Of a stretch of 64,000 bases of DNA, positions 29,302 to 39,170 are shown one piece after another (the stretch's first letter is position 1; the number at the start of each line of letters is the position of its first letter). A model generated the notes under the pieces. The model worked only from the letters and a program-made list of their open reading frames with translations. It ran no database searches and was not told the origin of the DNA. The position numbers were made by a program, and so were the translations under genes. This DNA is from a virus (lineage: Duplodnaviria > Heunggongvirae > Uroviricota > Caudoviricetes): the IMG/VR virus record IMGVR_UViG_3300048574_000421; one strand, written 5' to 3'.

Positions 29302-30712
29302 ACTTCATTACATCTAAGTCTGAGTCTAGTTTAATGTTCCTTCTATTAATAGCATTTGTTGCTTTTCTTATTTTTTCTCTTCTTTGCTCTATCAAATCTA
29401 CACCTTTAATATCAACATTCATTTTAGCAGCTTGCTCTGCTGCATTCCTTGACAATGTTGTTAGTTCACTTCCTTGATCAGTTTCGCTTTGTGTAGCATC
29501 ATCGTGTTGTTCGTCAATAATATTATGTTCATTTTTTTCAATAGCCTTATAGTCGTTATTACTCTGACCAGATAAACTTTTTAGAAAACTATCTATTTCG
29601 ACTTCAATATCTATTTCTTCAGCCATAACTTCATCAAAGGCTTTTTCTTTTTCTTTTTTTGTAACAGCTGCAAAATCTTTCATTTTTATGATTTCTAAAT
29701 AACTAAAATTATCATGAAAGAATCCTTTTAACTTGTCTTCTTCAAGTTGAATTTGCATTGCTTCATTTTCAATAATAGATGAGTCAGAAAATTCAATACC
29801 ACGGCGAACATAAATTTCTCTCTCAACTAACACTTGTTTTCTTTTTTCTCTTAGATAACTCTTTAAAGCTTTGATTTCGCTTTCTCTAACCAAAGTATCA
29901 TGCTCATCTACAAGCTCACCATTTAAAGTCTTTTCCATCAAAATATTAATACGAGCTTCATATTGTTCGTCATCTTCATTTTGTTGTCTTTCCATTGAAG
30001 AAAATACATCATTTGATTCTACAACTTCTTGTATAATTCCTGATTCAATTTCTTCTGCAACCATTTTCTTTTCTTTATCTAAAGTTTGTTCAAGTTGCTC
30101 TACAATTCCTGTACTTGTTTTTGCCTTTTTGAAACCTTTAGGATTTATGAAAGAACAAATTGAATTTGTCATGTACTCAACTTTACTCCAAGATTTCTTT
30201 TCAACTTCAAACGCATCTTTATAAACGTTTGTTAAAATCCAATAAAACTGATATTGATTTAACATTCTTATAGCAAAAGGATTGTCTATTCTACTACAAG
30301 TTTTAAAAACAGCCCACATGTTTCTTGATTCTCTTGTTTCTAAAAAATAATCAATAAATTTCGAAGATTCTAAAATTTCAGCATCTATTGTTTGATACAC
30401 TTCATAAAGTTTAAAAATCAGTTTTGAGTTAAATTTGCGCAAAATCTTTTCATGTTTTTGTTTTTCAAAATCTAAACCATCAATAAACATTATTGAACTA
30501 CACAAGATATCAAGAACTAACATAATATTATAATTGTTTGAAAGATACTTGTATTTTCTTGGAATATCTTCTCTTTCTTTAGTTGTCAAAGAACGTAATA
30601 CAAAATGGTGATTTGCTATCTCAAATTCTCGTGTTATGAAAGATTTAAACACAAGATCTGAAAGCAATTCAAAATCCTGCTTGGTTACTTTTCTAGCAGT
30701 GCTCACTAGCAT
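29291..30712 (-). CDS. Tail assembly chaperone-like protein with acidic C-terminal extension
   Basis: N-terminal FVLRSLTTKERE...LYEVYQ resembles the 133-aa chaperone; located after the tube gene; AGGAG RBS. Confidence 0.55.
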   Translation of the reverse strand: MLVSTARKVTKQDFELLSDLVFKSFITREFEIANHHFVLRSLTTKEREDIPRKYKYLSNNYNIMLVLDILCSSIMFIDGLDFEKQKHEKILRKFNSKLIFKLYEVYQTIDAEILESSKFIDYFLETRESRNMWAVFKTCSRIDNPFAIRMLNQYQFYWILTNVYKDAFEVEKKSWSKVEYMTNSICSFINPKGFKKAKTSTGIVEQLEQTLDKEKKMVAEEIESGIIQEVVESNDVFSSMERQQNEDDEQYEARINILMEKTLNGELVDEHDTLVRESEIKALKSYLREKRKQVLVEREIYVRRGIEFSDSSIIENEAMQIQLEEDKLKGFFHDNFSYLEIIKMKDFAAVTKKEKEKAFDEVMAEEIDIEVEIDSFLKSLSGQSNNDYKAIEKNEHNIIDEQHDDATQSETDQGSELTTLSRNAAEQAAKMNVDIKGVDLIEQRREKIRKATNAINRRNIKLDSDLDVMKFED

Positions 30713-30748
30713 AACTCCTAATTTAGAAAACTAAAGAATAATTCTGTG

Positions 30749-30801
30749 ACACTCTCCTCTGAACTGCAACAGAGTCAATGAGCATCTAGAAGAAAGCAGT
30801 T
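30749..30801 (-). ncRNA. Structured RNA motif copy B (pseudoknot plus kink-turn), family unassigned
   Basis: AACUGC-UUUCUUCUAG-AUGCUC-AUU-GA-CUCUG-UU-GCAGUU-CAGAG-GA-GAGUGU; compensatory changes relative to copy A. Confidence 0.7.
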
Positions 30802-30807
30802 TGAAGG

Positions 30808-30830
30808 AGGGAGCGATTGATTCGCTCCCT
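30808..30830 (-). terminator. GC-rich hairpin after the tube gene with weak U-tract (leaky terminator or stabilising stem)
   Basis: AGGGAGCGA/TCGCTCCCT 9-bp stem 11 nt after the tube stop, followed by CCTTC rather than a U run. Confidence 0.55.
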
Positions 30831-30841
30831 TATATCAGAAC

Positions 30842-31459
30842 TTAAACAACATTACCAGTAGCAAAACCTCTTAAAGTACCTTTATTACTGTTGTAATAAT
30901 CATCAGATTTCAAAGAGTCTTTATTTGCATAAACATCTGAAATCTGGCATGTCATATCTTGAGTAACAGAAGTTGCTCCAATATCAAAAGTTTTTGCAAA
31001 ATCTGACATCCAACAACCTTCATACCAAGTTTTGACAACCTTTACAGCACCATCGTCTACAGCACCACCTTTTGCCTGACCCTTAATATAATCAGGAATC
31101 AAGATAGTCTCATAAACATCAAATGGCCACTGATGATGCTTCAAAGAACGTATCAATCCAGAGCTTCCAGCTTTATAGCCAAAAAGTTGCTGAATGTCTC
31201 TTAAATACATCATCATGACTGTTGCTGTAGCTGAAAGGTCTGTGACACCGACAGCAAGTTCTGCAACCTGATCACCAAAACCAATTCCACGTACAGGCTC
31301 AATAGCTCTTGTATCTGTAGGATTCCATGTTTGAATAAGACCTATAGGTTGAAATGCTGTATCTTCTGCGTCAATACTAAATACACGTACTCTTTGAGGA
31401 TTAAGAAGACGAGTATTTGGCGACACACCTTCTCTATAGATATACGCTTGTCTTGCCAT
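30842..31459 (-). CDS. Tail tube protein
   Basis: IGLIQTWNPTDTRAIEPVRGIGFGDQVAELAVG...WYEGCWMSD; directly after the sheath gene. Confidence 0.85.
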   Translation of the reverse strand: MARQAYIYREGVSPNTRLLNPQRVRVFSIDAEDTAFQPIGLIQTWNPTDTRAIEPVRGIGFGDQVAELAVGVTDLSATATVMMMYLRDIQQLFGYKAGSSGLIRSLKHHQWPFDVYETILIPDYIKGQAKGGAVDDGAVKVVKTWYEGCWMSDFAKTFDIGATSVTQDMTCQISDVYANKDSLKSDDYYNSNKGTLRGFATGNVV

Positions 31460-31520
31460 ACTTTTATACTCCTTGGATTAAATTTTCTACTATTTCTTAA
31501 CAAATAAACACTTTATTAAA

Positions 31521-31548
31521 TTGGGCACCTAACAAATCAGATGCCCAA
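31521..31548 (-). terminator. Stem-loop between sheath and tube genes
   Basis: UUGGGCAUCUGA-UUUG-UUAGGUGCCCAA, 12-bp stem with G-U pairs on the minus strand, followed by UUU. Confidence 0.6.
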
Positions 31549-31557
31549 CTTAAAGTT

Positions 31558-34266
31558 TTAGAATCTTACACGAATCTGGTATTCGACATCAACCCAGTTT
31601 AAACCCATGATCGGAATGTAGAAAGCTGTTACCTTGATAAAGTCAGGCTGTACTGTATCTCTTACAGCTGTAACACCCTTATAATCAACAATTATTTGAG
31701 AGTCAACTGCCGAAGCTAGCATAGATCCAAGTGTAGCAGCAATTTCACCAGCAAGATTTGCAGTCATCTTTCTTCCAATAAAAGGTTCTATTGCTCTACG
31801 TGTTTCTTGTTGAATGAAGTCTCTTATTGTTATAATCATGACTTCTCTTGTAAGAGCACTTGCCATATTTGTTGTTAAAGCATGACGAATAACAAATGTT
31901 TGACTTACTTTCATAATAACAGTCAGACCTCTAGTAGCAACCATGTCCATTGTTGTTTCATCTAGAGAACGAACAAGTTGTTTGAAACCAAGTAATGTCT
32001 TTCTTGTCATCGGTGTTGCAACATCGTAAATTGGACTAACATTCAAACCACAAAGAGCTGCAGCTAAGAATGTTCCATCTACAACATGTTCACTCACGCT
32101 TCCATCAGCTTCAACCATCTCAATAACAGCACCATCAGGATAAACACCAGTCATACGTTCTGTATTTAAAGCAAGAGCATAATTTCCAGCCTCCATAGGT
32201 TCTGTACCAACTGCAAAACCAAAGAAACTGATTCTTTCTCTTCTATTTCTCTTTGAAGACTGTGTTGCACAATGCGTTGCTGTAGCATTAATAACTGACG
32301 CTGATGTAGTAACTGGGAAAATCACAGCTGGATTTATACCATCAATGTCCTGTTCAAGACGTTTCAAAACATCAAAGTACGACTGATCAGCTGCAAGGTC
32401 ACTTCCTTCTGCCTTCATAACCTGACAAAGAATAAGAGCAGTTGCTCCATTCAAGAACATCAAGTAAGAAGCAAGAACTAAAGGGTTTGAAACTGATAAA
32501 TCACCAAACTCAGTTGTAATATCTTTGAATTTTGTGTAAAGTGCACAGTCGTAATTGTCTTTCTCGTAATAATACGATACATAATAAACATCACCAACTG
32601 CAGGTTCTCTTCCTGACTTATCAAAAGCTATAAGATCAGTGATATCTCCTGTTGTTACATCTGTTGTGTTGTTTATGTTCAAAGAAAGACCTGGGATACT
32701 AGAAACAGGGATTACGCTTGTTGTAAATGTTGCTTCTGCAACAACATCAATCTCAAGTGTATCTGTTGCAGCATACAAAGGATCAGCAGCTATAGTTAGA
32801 ATCAATCCTGTACGTGCATCAACATAAGTTGTTCCAGTTCTTCCAAAACCTGAAGAGCCATTGATAGGATCTGTCGATGTTACAGCAAAATGTGTTGACG
32901 AAGTAAATGTTAATGTTACTGTTTCATCAACTGTGTAACCTTTTGAAACCATAGGACCTGTTAAATATACAGCTCCTGTGAATGAAGGATTAGCAACAGT
33001 CTCAGTTCCTGGAACAGCTACACCAAGACGACCATCTTCAAGAGAAGAAATTGTATAAGTTCCTACACCAACACCACCTGAAGTTGCAACTTCAATACTG
33101 TAAGTATCGTCTTCCATACGTGAACGGAAATAAGTTACCATAACTGTACTTAAAGCTGCAGGAGCAAGTTCTAAATAAATAGTTCCTGTTTCACCTTCAA
33201 CTCTAGTTACTACAACTTCAATTCCATTTACTCTAACAATAACATGTGAAGGATCGTTTGTAACGATGTCTCTTCCAGTACCATCAACTATAGGGAGAAA
33301 TCTTACTGTAAAAGAAGTCATACCTGATGTGACAAACTGACTTGAAACATCTTCATTATAAATTGTATCGTCAACAAGAGTAGCTTGTATCTGATTATCA
33401 TCAAAAAATTCTCCACCTGTTGTATGAATAATTTGTGACAATTTATAACCAGTGCCCCATTGAATCTGATTACCAATAATTGCGTAATCAACGTTTTCAA
33501 CAAAGTCTGATGTTTCAGGAGACACACCAACTCTAATCATCCTTGTAAGACCAGTATAAGGAAGATCATCAGCTGTATTCATATGTGTATTGTAATAATA
33601 TGTAACAGTAAGTGTATCACCTTCTTCAGGAGGTTCTGTAAGTGTGAAAGATCCTGCAACACCATCTAAATGCGAAACTTCAACAATGACATTGTTAACT
33701 TTGACAGTAATCAAAGAAGTGTTTGTTGTAGCTTTTCCTGCATTTGTACCATCAACAATTGGTTTATGACGTGTGAAAAAAGTAACGGCATTACCATCAA
33801 CTTGAGTTGTTAAATCTTCATCAACAACTCTTGTGTCAGTCTTTTTGTAGAAATAAGTTACTGTTACTTCATCACTATCTTTAGGTGCTAAAGCAAGGTA
33901 AACTCTTCCATTTGCGCCTTCGACTTTTGCAACAATAACTTTCGTACCGTTGACTTTTACTTCAACATCATTTGTGTTATTTGTTACGTGTCCAAGTCCA
34001 TCACCAACTACAATAGGGTAGTTAAGAACAGTAAAATCACGATTTGTTCCAGTAAGTTGAGCTGAAACATCCTCGTTAACTTTTTTGTTGTCAAGATTCG
34101 GACTTGACCCGCGAACAAGTTCATATCCTTCGACTTTTTTAATCTCTTCAGCAGTTCCAATAAGTGCTGGGATTCTTTGGTTAGCAAGTAAACCTCCTAC
34201 TGCTGAGTCCAAAGTTGTCGATGTGTATACAGAGGGCGGTGCATAACCTTGAAAAGGTCCAGCCAT
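31558..34266 (-). CDS. Contractile tail sheath protein (902 aa) with three inserted beta-sandwich modules
   Basis: N-terminal YAPPSVYTST...RIPALIG; C-terminal TREVMIITIRDFIQQ...FIGRK...IKVTAFYIPIMGLNWVDVEYQI sheath fold; directly upstream of the tube gene. Confidence 0.92.
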   Translation of the reverse strand: MAGPFQGYAPPSVYTSTTLDSAVGGLLANQRIPALIGTAEEIKKVEGYELVRGSSPNLDNKKVNEDVSAQLTGTNRDFTVLNYPIVVGDGLGHVTNNTNDVEVKVNGTKVIVAKVEGANGRVYLALAPKDSDEVTVTYFYKKTDTRVVDEDLTTQVDGNAVTFFTRHKPIVDGTNAGKATTNTSLITVKVNNVIVEVSHLDGVAGSFTLTEPPEEGDTLTVTYYYNTHMNTADDLPYTGLTRMIRVGVSPETSDFVENVDYAIIGNQIQWGTGYKLSQIIHTTGGEFFDDNQIQATLVDDTIYNEDVSSQFVTSGMTSFTVRFLPIVDGTGRDIVTNDPSHVIVRVNGIEVVVTRVEGETGTIYLELAPAALSTVMVTYFRSRMEDDTYSIEVATSGGVGVGTYTISSLEDGRLGVAVPGTETVANPSFTGAVYLTGPMVSKGYTVDETVTLTFTSSTHFAVTSTDPINGSSGFGRTGTTYVDARTGLILTIAADPLYAATDTLEIDVVAEATFTTSVIPVSSIPGLSLNINNTTDVTTGDITDLIAFDKSGREPAVGDVYYVSYYYEKDNYDCALYTKFKDITTEFGDLSVSNPLVLASYLMFLNGATALILCQVMKAEGSDLAADQSYFDVLKRLEQDIDGINPAVIFPVTTSASVINATATHCATQSSKRNRRERISFFGFAVGTEPMEAGNYALALNTERMTGVYPDGAVIEMVEADGSVSEHVVDGTFLAAALCGLNVSPIYDVATPMTRKTLLGFKQLVRSLDETTMDMVATRGLTVIMKVSQTFVIRHALTTNMASALTREVMIITIRDFIQQETRRAIEPFIGRKMTANLAGEIAATLGSMLASAVDSQIIVDYKGVTAVRDTVQPDFIKVTAFYIPIMGLNWVDVEYQIRVRF

Positions 34267-34362
34267 AATAAGCTCCTTATGAATTATTGTTGATAATCTT
34301 TTGAACTAGCAGGTAAGTTTAGTATAATTTCAAATTACAAATTTCACATAAATCTGAAATTA

Positions 34363-34378
34363 ATAAAAGCATTAGAAA
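34363..34378 (-). promoter_or_regulatory. Candidate late promoter TTTCTAatgcTTTTAT(TA) upstream of the sheath gene
   Basis: Motif match, immediately downstream of a terminator hairpin. Confidence 0.6.
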
Positions 34379-34391
34379 AACAAGCAAGATG

Positions 34392-34430
34392 TAAAAACAA
34401 ATGGCGCTTAAATTTAACAAATAAGCGCCA
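34392..34430 (-). terminator. Intrinsic terminator after the tail fibre/chaperone unit
   Basis: TGGCGCTTA/TAAGCGCCA stem followed by TTTGTTTTT on the minus strand. Confidence 0.75.
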
Positions 34431-34444
34431 AATAAAATCAAAAC

Positions 34445-34714
34445 TTAAGTCGTTTGTTCGCTCATTTTCTTTCTTGCTTCTTCTTCAATTTGCGCTTTAA
34501 TCGCTTTTTCTTTATGTATCAAAACTATTTGTTGTACATTCTGATCGTAAATAAAACACATTTTTTCTTTTTTTAAAGTTGCAACAGTTAATTCAGCTTC
34601 TGCAATTTTTTTATCGAACTCTTGCATTTTTAAAGAAAATGCTGTTCCAGGATCGATTGTGATTTGTGTTTCTGGAACTTTAGATTCTTCTTGTACTTTC
34701 ACTTCTTGTGACAT
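34445..34714 (-). CDS. Small coiled-coil protein, possible tail fibre chaperone
   Basis: ORF track; coiled coil; follows the fibre gene; RBS present. Confidence 0.6.
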   Translation of the reverse strand: MSQEVKVQEESKVPETQITIDPGTAFSLKMQEFDKKIAEAELTVATLKKEKMCFIYDQNVQQIVLIHKEKAIKAQIEEEARKKMSEQTT

Positions 34715-34759
34715 AACAAAACTCCTTTTAATAATTAATTAATCTTAGTCTTTCGACTA

Positions 34760-37700
34760 TTACAAACGAACTTCAATTACACCAACATTTTCAGAATTAT
34801 AACTTTGACGTGCAATTGCAAAAGCATTGATAAGTTCTGTTTTAGTTGCCATTCTTGCAACACCAGGTATATTAGAAAGAACAAGTTTACTTCCTCGTTT
34901 TACTTGTCCAACAACTTTACATAAGACATGTCCTGTCATTGCTACACGTTTTGCATTATGCTTTATCTCAAATTGTTCTGTTGATAAATTTTGAAAATCT
35001 TCTTTTATTGTTTCGTGTTCATCTTTAGAAACAGTGAGACCACCACAAAATGCAGCTCTATCTGTTATAATACCATAAACTATCTCTGGATTTTCAGCAA
35101 TTTCAACAACCATGTCGTCAGTTTCTGATTGTTGAATTACTGTACCTACATCATATTTCGAAATATCATCTTTTACAGCAGTCCATTCAGCAAGGTCAGC
35201 AGGTGTTATTATTGTTGTTCCTGCATCAGAATAATATTGACCTGTTGCATCAATTCTTGCTACAACGCTTCCACCATTCCTAAAAATCCATTGATATCCG
35301 TGTGCATTCATCTCCATATCGTCATAAGAATGTAATGAAAGTTGTCCACTTGATCCTGCAGATATATCTACATCACCATTTGCTTTTCCATTTCCATAAA
35401 CTGAAATAAAACCACCGCTGTATGGTGTTGGTATTGCATAACCACCTTCACCATGACAAATATGAATTACACCGTCATTTGAACCCCTAATAGATTCAAA
35501 ATAAGTATTACCAATATTAGAAACATATCTGAAATAATCAGAAGGTGATGTACTTACTACTACTTGATCTACAGAATTCAAAACAAATTTATGACTGTTC
35601 ATATAAACAAGCAAATCATCATATGTATATAACGCAAGTTGTCCACTTGTTCCTGTAGATATATCTACATCGCCATTTGCTTTTCCATTTCCGTAAACAG
35701 AAATGAAACCTCCATAACTTCTAGAAGGTGTTGCATAAGCACCCTCACCATGACAAATGTGTATTGCACCGTCATTAGTTTCTCTAGAAGATTCAAAATA
35801 AGTATTTTCAGAACTATTTAAAAACTTAAAATAAGCTGTACCAGAACTTGTAATAAACTGTTCTGCAGACATAACTGTATTACTTCCAATAACTATACTT
35901 CCAGTACTTGTAGCTTTTAGATACATTCCTCCAGGAGTATTTAACGTTTGATTTCCGTTTAAATTTATATAAGCACCCTGACCTGGAAATCTTCCTCCAC
36001 ACAATGTTAATGAAGCATTACTGTTAGAACCATCGACAGTTGGTCCTGCACTTATTCTGACAGAATCACTCGTAAGAAAATGTATACCATTTTGTGAAGT
36101 AGGTACTACTAATAAAGATGCAAAACTTGAATCATAAGTTGTTCCTATACCGACTGAACCACCATCAGTACATAAATCTACGCCTTGTGTAGTACTTAAA
36201 TAAGAAGTTCTTAAACCACTAGTATCCATTGATACTGTGCCTGAACCTGCTGAAAAACTGTATGCTGCACCTATAAACATATTTGCAGTGCTCATACCAA
36301 AATTTATTGTAGTTGCACCAAAATTTATCTCATCTGTACCACTTGAAATAGTTCCATTAAGATTAATTGTTGCACTATTTATGTTAATTTTATTTTCTGA
36401 ATTTTCACTACTAACATAAATAGCAGAGTTACCTGTAGTTAAACTAATATCACCATTACTAGAATCAATAGCAATTTCAGTAGGCATCGTTCCTTGTGCT
36501 ATTTCATCAACAGGTGAAAGTACAAGCATAGTTCCTCTAGAATTTATTCTATCAATTACACCATTGTCTCCAACAAATTTGATACCTGAACCACCAATAG
36601 TGTTAAAATATACTTGACCTTCGACATGCAGTTTGTATTGAGGATTTGTAGTTCCTATACCTACATTTCCTCCTGATACTACTCTGATTCTTTCACCAGA
36701 ATCAGTAACAAATCTTAAATTTTGAGCACCAGTTCCTATCTCTAAACCTTCAGCTCCTCCAGTACCATTTGCACTTATATAACCATTTCCAGCACCACTA
36801 TAAAAACTTGCAGTACCAAAAATACCTGCATTACCTCTAAGATCAAGTTTTGTTGCAGGCGTTGCTGTACCTATACCCACATTTCCTGTAACTAATAAAT
36901 TCCCTGTTACTGAACTGTTATTCCCAACAGTAAAATCAGAACTAACATAACCTGTTCCTTGAACATGCAATTTGTATTGTGGACTAGAAGTAGCAATTCC
37001 AAAGTTACCTCCACTTTCAAGTTTTACTTTTTCTGTCCCATTAGTGAAAAAACGAATATTTCTTGCACCAGTTGATGACAAAGTCAAACCTTCAGTATTA
37101 TCAGCAGCAACTGCACCTCTTTCTGTATCATCTGTGAAAACAAATTTAAGCTCAGGTGCAGAACTCATAATTCTTATTACGCCATCTTGAACCCTTGCAT
37201 CACCTTGTACATGAAAACGACTTTGAGGCGTTGCTGTATTAACACCAACAAACCCTGTATTTAAGATAGTTAAAGCATCATTATCAGTTGCGAACGTTAT
37301 TTGTCTTAAAGTAGCACTTGAATTACGAATAGAAGAACTTATTGCATTTTGATTTGTCAAAATAAGAGTTCCACCAACAGTAGAACCTGTAGGTCCTATT
37401 TGTAAACCATCACCAAATATACTTGTTTTATATGCTGGAGCATTTGTACCTATACCTACATTCCCTAAATCAACTAACAATGCACTTCCTGTTCCAGCAT
37501 TGTGTATGTTAACAGCAGCAGCATTACCCGTTTGATTAACGTAAATTGAAGATTTATTTTGACTTTGATTGATCCGCAAAGTATCTTCAATTCCACATTC
37601 ACCTTGAACATGGAAAAGAAAAGATGGGTTTGTAGTTCCAATTCCGACAGAACCACTATTTACTATCAAAGAAGGTCCTGTTCCTGAGTTTAAAACATTT

Positions 37701-39085
37701 ATTACAGGTGCATTTCCTGCATTAGTTTTATTAATAACAAGAGCATTATCATTTACAGTTTGTGTTACGCTTAATTTTCCAGCAACATTCATGCTAGTAA
37801 AATTTGAAGCACCACCTATGTTAAGATCGCCACCTATTTCAAGATCTTGTCCTACTTCAAGAACACCAGAGATAAAACTATCTCCCTGAACATGAAAAAG
37901 ATGTAATGGATTATTTGTTCCTACACCAATGTTACCTGTAGAACTAACAAATAATCTTTCAACATTGTTTGTTTGTAATCTTATGTTTCTAGCACCAGTG
38001 GCATCAATATCAATTCCTGTTGAAACACCTTTTACATCTCCAACAAGAGAAGTTCCTTGATAAAAATCAATTTCAGGTGTTGTATTTTGCATCCTCAAAT
38101 TTTTATTATAAATATGAACACCATCTTGAGGACTAGAAGTACCCACGCCAATTCTTCCTGTTGTTGAGAAACGTATATTTTCAACTCCAGGTTCACCTAC
38201 ACTAAATGTAAGATCGTTTGCATAATTTATGTCACTTGCCATATAGATAGAACTTATTCTATGTGTATCATCACCAATTTTTGAACCATCAGATAGAACT
38301 AAGTCTGTAATTGTGTTTCCTAATGAATAACTAGATATTGAATTTACCAAAACTCTATGATCAGTAATCATTGACGTAGTAATGTTAGAATTTGTTGTTC
38401 TTACAATTGTTGCAAGTTTTACATATCTGTGATAAATACCATTACTATCAGTTCCATTGAAAGGTGTAGTTGCTCCAGGTGCAACTCTGATATCTTGAAC
38501 CATTCTTACTCTATTTGCAGTTGCAAAACCAATACCAGGAACTATAATTGATGTATCTTTATATTCAGGAGGTAATACACCTGTTCCTTCACCTACAGCA
38601 GAAACTTCAGCAAAATAAAAATCAACATATACTTCATCAGTTCTTGTTCCTACAAGAGGAGGTGCAATGGCAGGAATTAGCGTTTTTGTATAGTCATCAT
38701 CTGTTAGATTGCCTGAAGAATTTTGTTGATTGTATTCAATATCAGTTTTCAAAAACAAAATGTAACCGTCAACAAAAAGAACTCCTGCACCCTCAACAGT
38801 ACCATCACCACCTTTGATTGTAAAATTATTTGTTGGACTTGAACTTTCAACAACTTTAAAACCATCATTTGTAGATGCACCTAAAAAACAAAATCCACCA
38901 GTTGTAGCCACAAGTTGACTAGGAAAATTGCTTGTTATTAACTGACGTATATATGAATCAGAAACTTCTTGAACTTCTTCTAATTCATTTGATGAAAGAG
39001 GTACACCCTTTTGAAAATGCATTCTATAGCGTTTTGCAGGATTAAACATACTATTTTCATAATTGCCAGCAAACGAAACGCTCAT
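34760..39085 (-). CDS. Tail fibre protein (1441 aa) with GNVGIGT repeats and C-terminal peptidase G2-like autocleaved chaperone
   Basis: N-terminal FNPAKRYRMHFQKGVPL...NELEEVQ anchor; multiple G(N/S)VGIGT(T/N/A)xP repeats; C-terminal DLAEW...YGIITD...GHVLCKVVGQVKRGSKLVLSNIPGVA. Confidence 0.85.
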   Translation of the reverse strand: MSVSFAGNYENSMFNPAKRYRMHFQKGVPLSSNELEEVQEVSDSYIRQLITSNFPSQLVATTGGFCFLGASTNDGFKVVESSSPTNNFTIKGGDGTVEGAGVLFVDGYILFLKTDIEYNQQNSSGNLTDDDYTKTLIPAIAPPLVGTRTDEVYVDFYFAEVSAVGEGTGVLPPEYKDTSIIVPGIGFATANRVRMVQDIRVAPGATTPFNGTDSNGIYHRYVKLATIVRTTNSNITTSMITDHRVLVNSISSYSLGNTITDLVLSDGSKIGDDTHRISSIYMASDINYANDLTFSVGEPGVENIRFSTTGRIGVGTSSPQDGVHIYNKNLRMQNTTPEIDFYQGTSLVGDVKGVSTGIDIDATGARNIRLQTNNVERLFVSSTGNIGVGTNNPLHLFHVQGDSFISGVLEVGQDLEIGGDLNIGGASNFTSMNVAGKLSVTQTVNDNALVINKTNAGNAPVINVLNSGTGPSLIVNSGSVGIGTTNPSFLFHVQGECGIEDTLRINQSQNKSSIYVNQTGNAAAVNIHNAGTGSALLVDLGNVGIGTNAPAYKTSIFGDGLQIGPTGSTVGGTLILTNQNAISSSIRNSSATLRQITFATDNDALTILNTGFVGVNTATPQSRFHVQGDARVQDGVIRIMSSAPELKFVFTDDTERGAVAADNTEGLTLSSTGARNIRFFTNGTEKVKLESGGNFGIATSSPQYKLHVQGTGYVSSDFTVGNNSSVTGNLLVTGNVGIGTATPATKLDLRGNAGIFGTASFYSGAGNGYISANGTGGAEGLEIGTGAQNLRFVTDSGERIRVVSGGNVGIGTTNPQYKLHVEGQVYFNTIGGSGIKFVGDNGVIDRINSRGTMLVLSPVDEIAQGTMPTEIAIDSSNGDISLTTGNSAIYVSSENSENKININSATINLNGTISSGTDEINFGATTINFGMSTANMFIGAAYSFSAGSGTVSMDTSGLRTSYLSTTQGVDLCTDGGSVGIGTTYDSSFASLLVVPTSQNGIHFLTSDSVRISAGPTVDGSNSNASLTLCGGRFPGQGAYINLNGNQTLNTPGGMYLKATSTGSIVIGSNTVMSAEQFITSSGTAYFKFLNSSENTYFESSRETNDGAIHICHGEGAYATPSRSYGGFISVYGNGKANGDVDISTGTSGQLALYTYDDLLVYMNSHKFVLNSVDQVVVSTSPSDYFRYVSNIGNTYFESIRGSNDGVIHICHGEGGYAIPTPYSGGFISVYGNGKANGDVDISAGSSGQLSLHSYDDMEMNAHGYQWIFRNGGSVVARIDATGQYYSDAGTTIITPADLAEWTAVKDDISKYDVGTVIQQSETDDMVVEIAENPEIVYGIITDRAAFCGGLTVSKDEHETIKEDFQNLSTEQFEIKHNAKRVAMTGHVLCKVVGQVKRGSKLVLSNIPGVARMATKTELINAFAIARQSYNSENVGVIEVRL
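35344..35834. repeat. Tandem in-frame duplication (297-nt period) near the fibre tip
   Basis: Two copies of YFESxRxxNDGxIHICHGEGxYA...GGFISVYGNGKANGDVDISxGxSGQL with high nucleotide identity (35344-35534 vs 35641-35834). Confidence 0.9.
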
Positions 39086-39152
39086 AATGTGCTCCCTTTA
39101 TGTAGGATTTCTTACTAATCAAACTTTAATAAAAATTTTAATAAAAAAAGAA

Positions 39153-39168
39153 ATAAAAGGAGTAGAAA
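39153..39168 (-). promoter_or_regulatory. Candidate late promoter TTTCTActccTTTTAT upstream of the tail fibre gene
   Basis: Motif match just after the stop of the 409-aa gene. Confidence 0.55.
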
Positions 39169-39170
39169 AC

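Noticed and set aside
28641-30712. Programmed frameshift in the tail assembly chaperones
   Set aside because: No convincing slippery heptamer before a stop, and no orphan downstream frame; the ORFs have their own starts.
35344-35834. Fibre-tip duplication as a DGR template/variable repeat pair
   Set aside because: Differences are not adenine-specific, both copies are in frame in one gene, and no reverse transcriptase is in the window.
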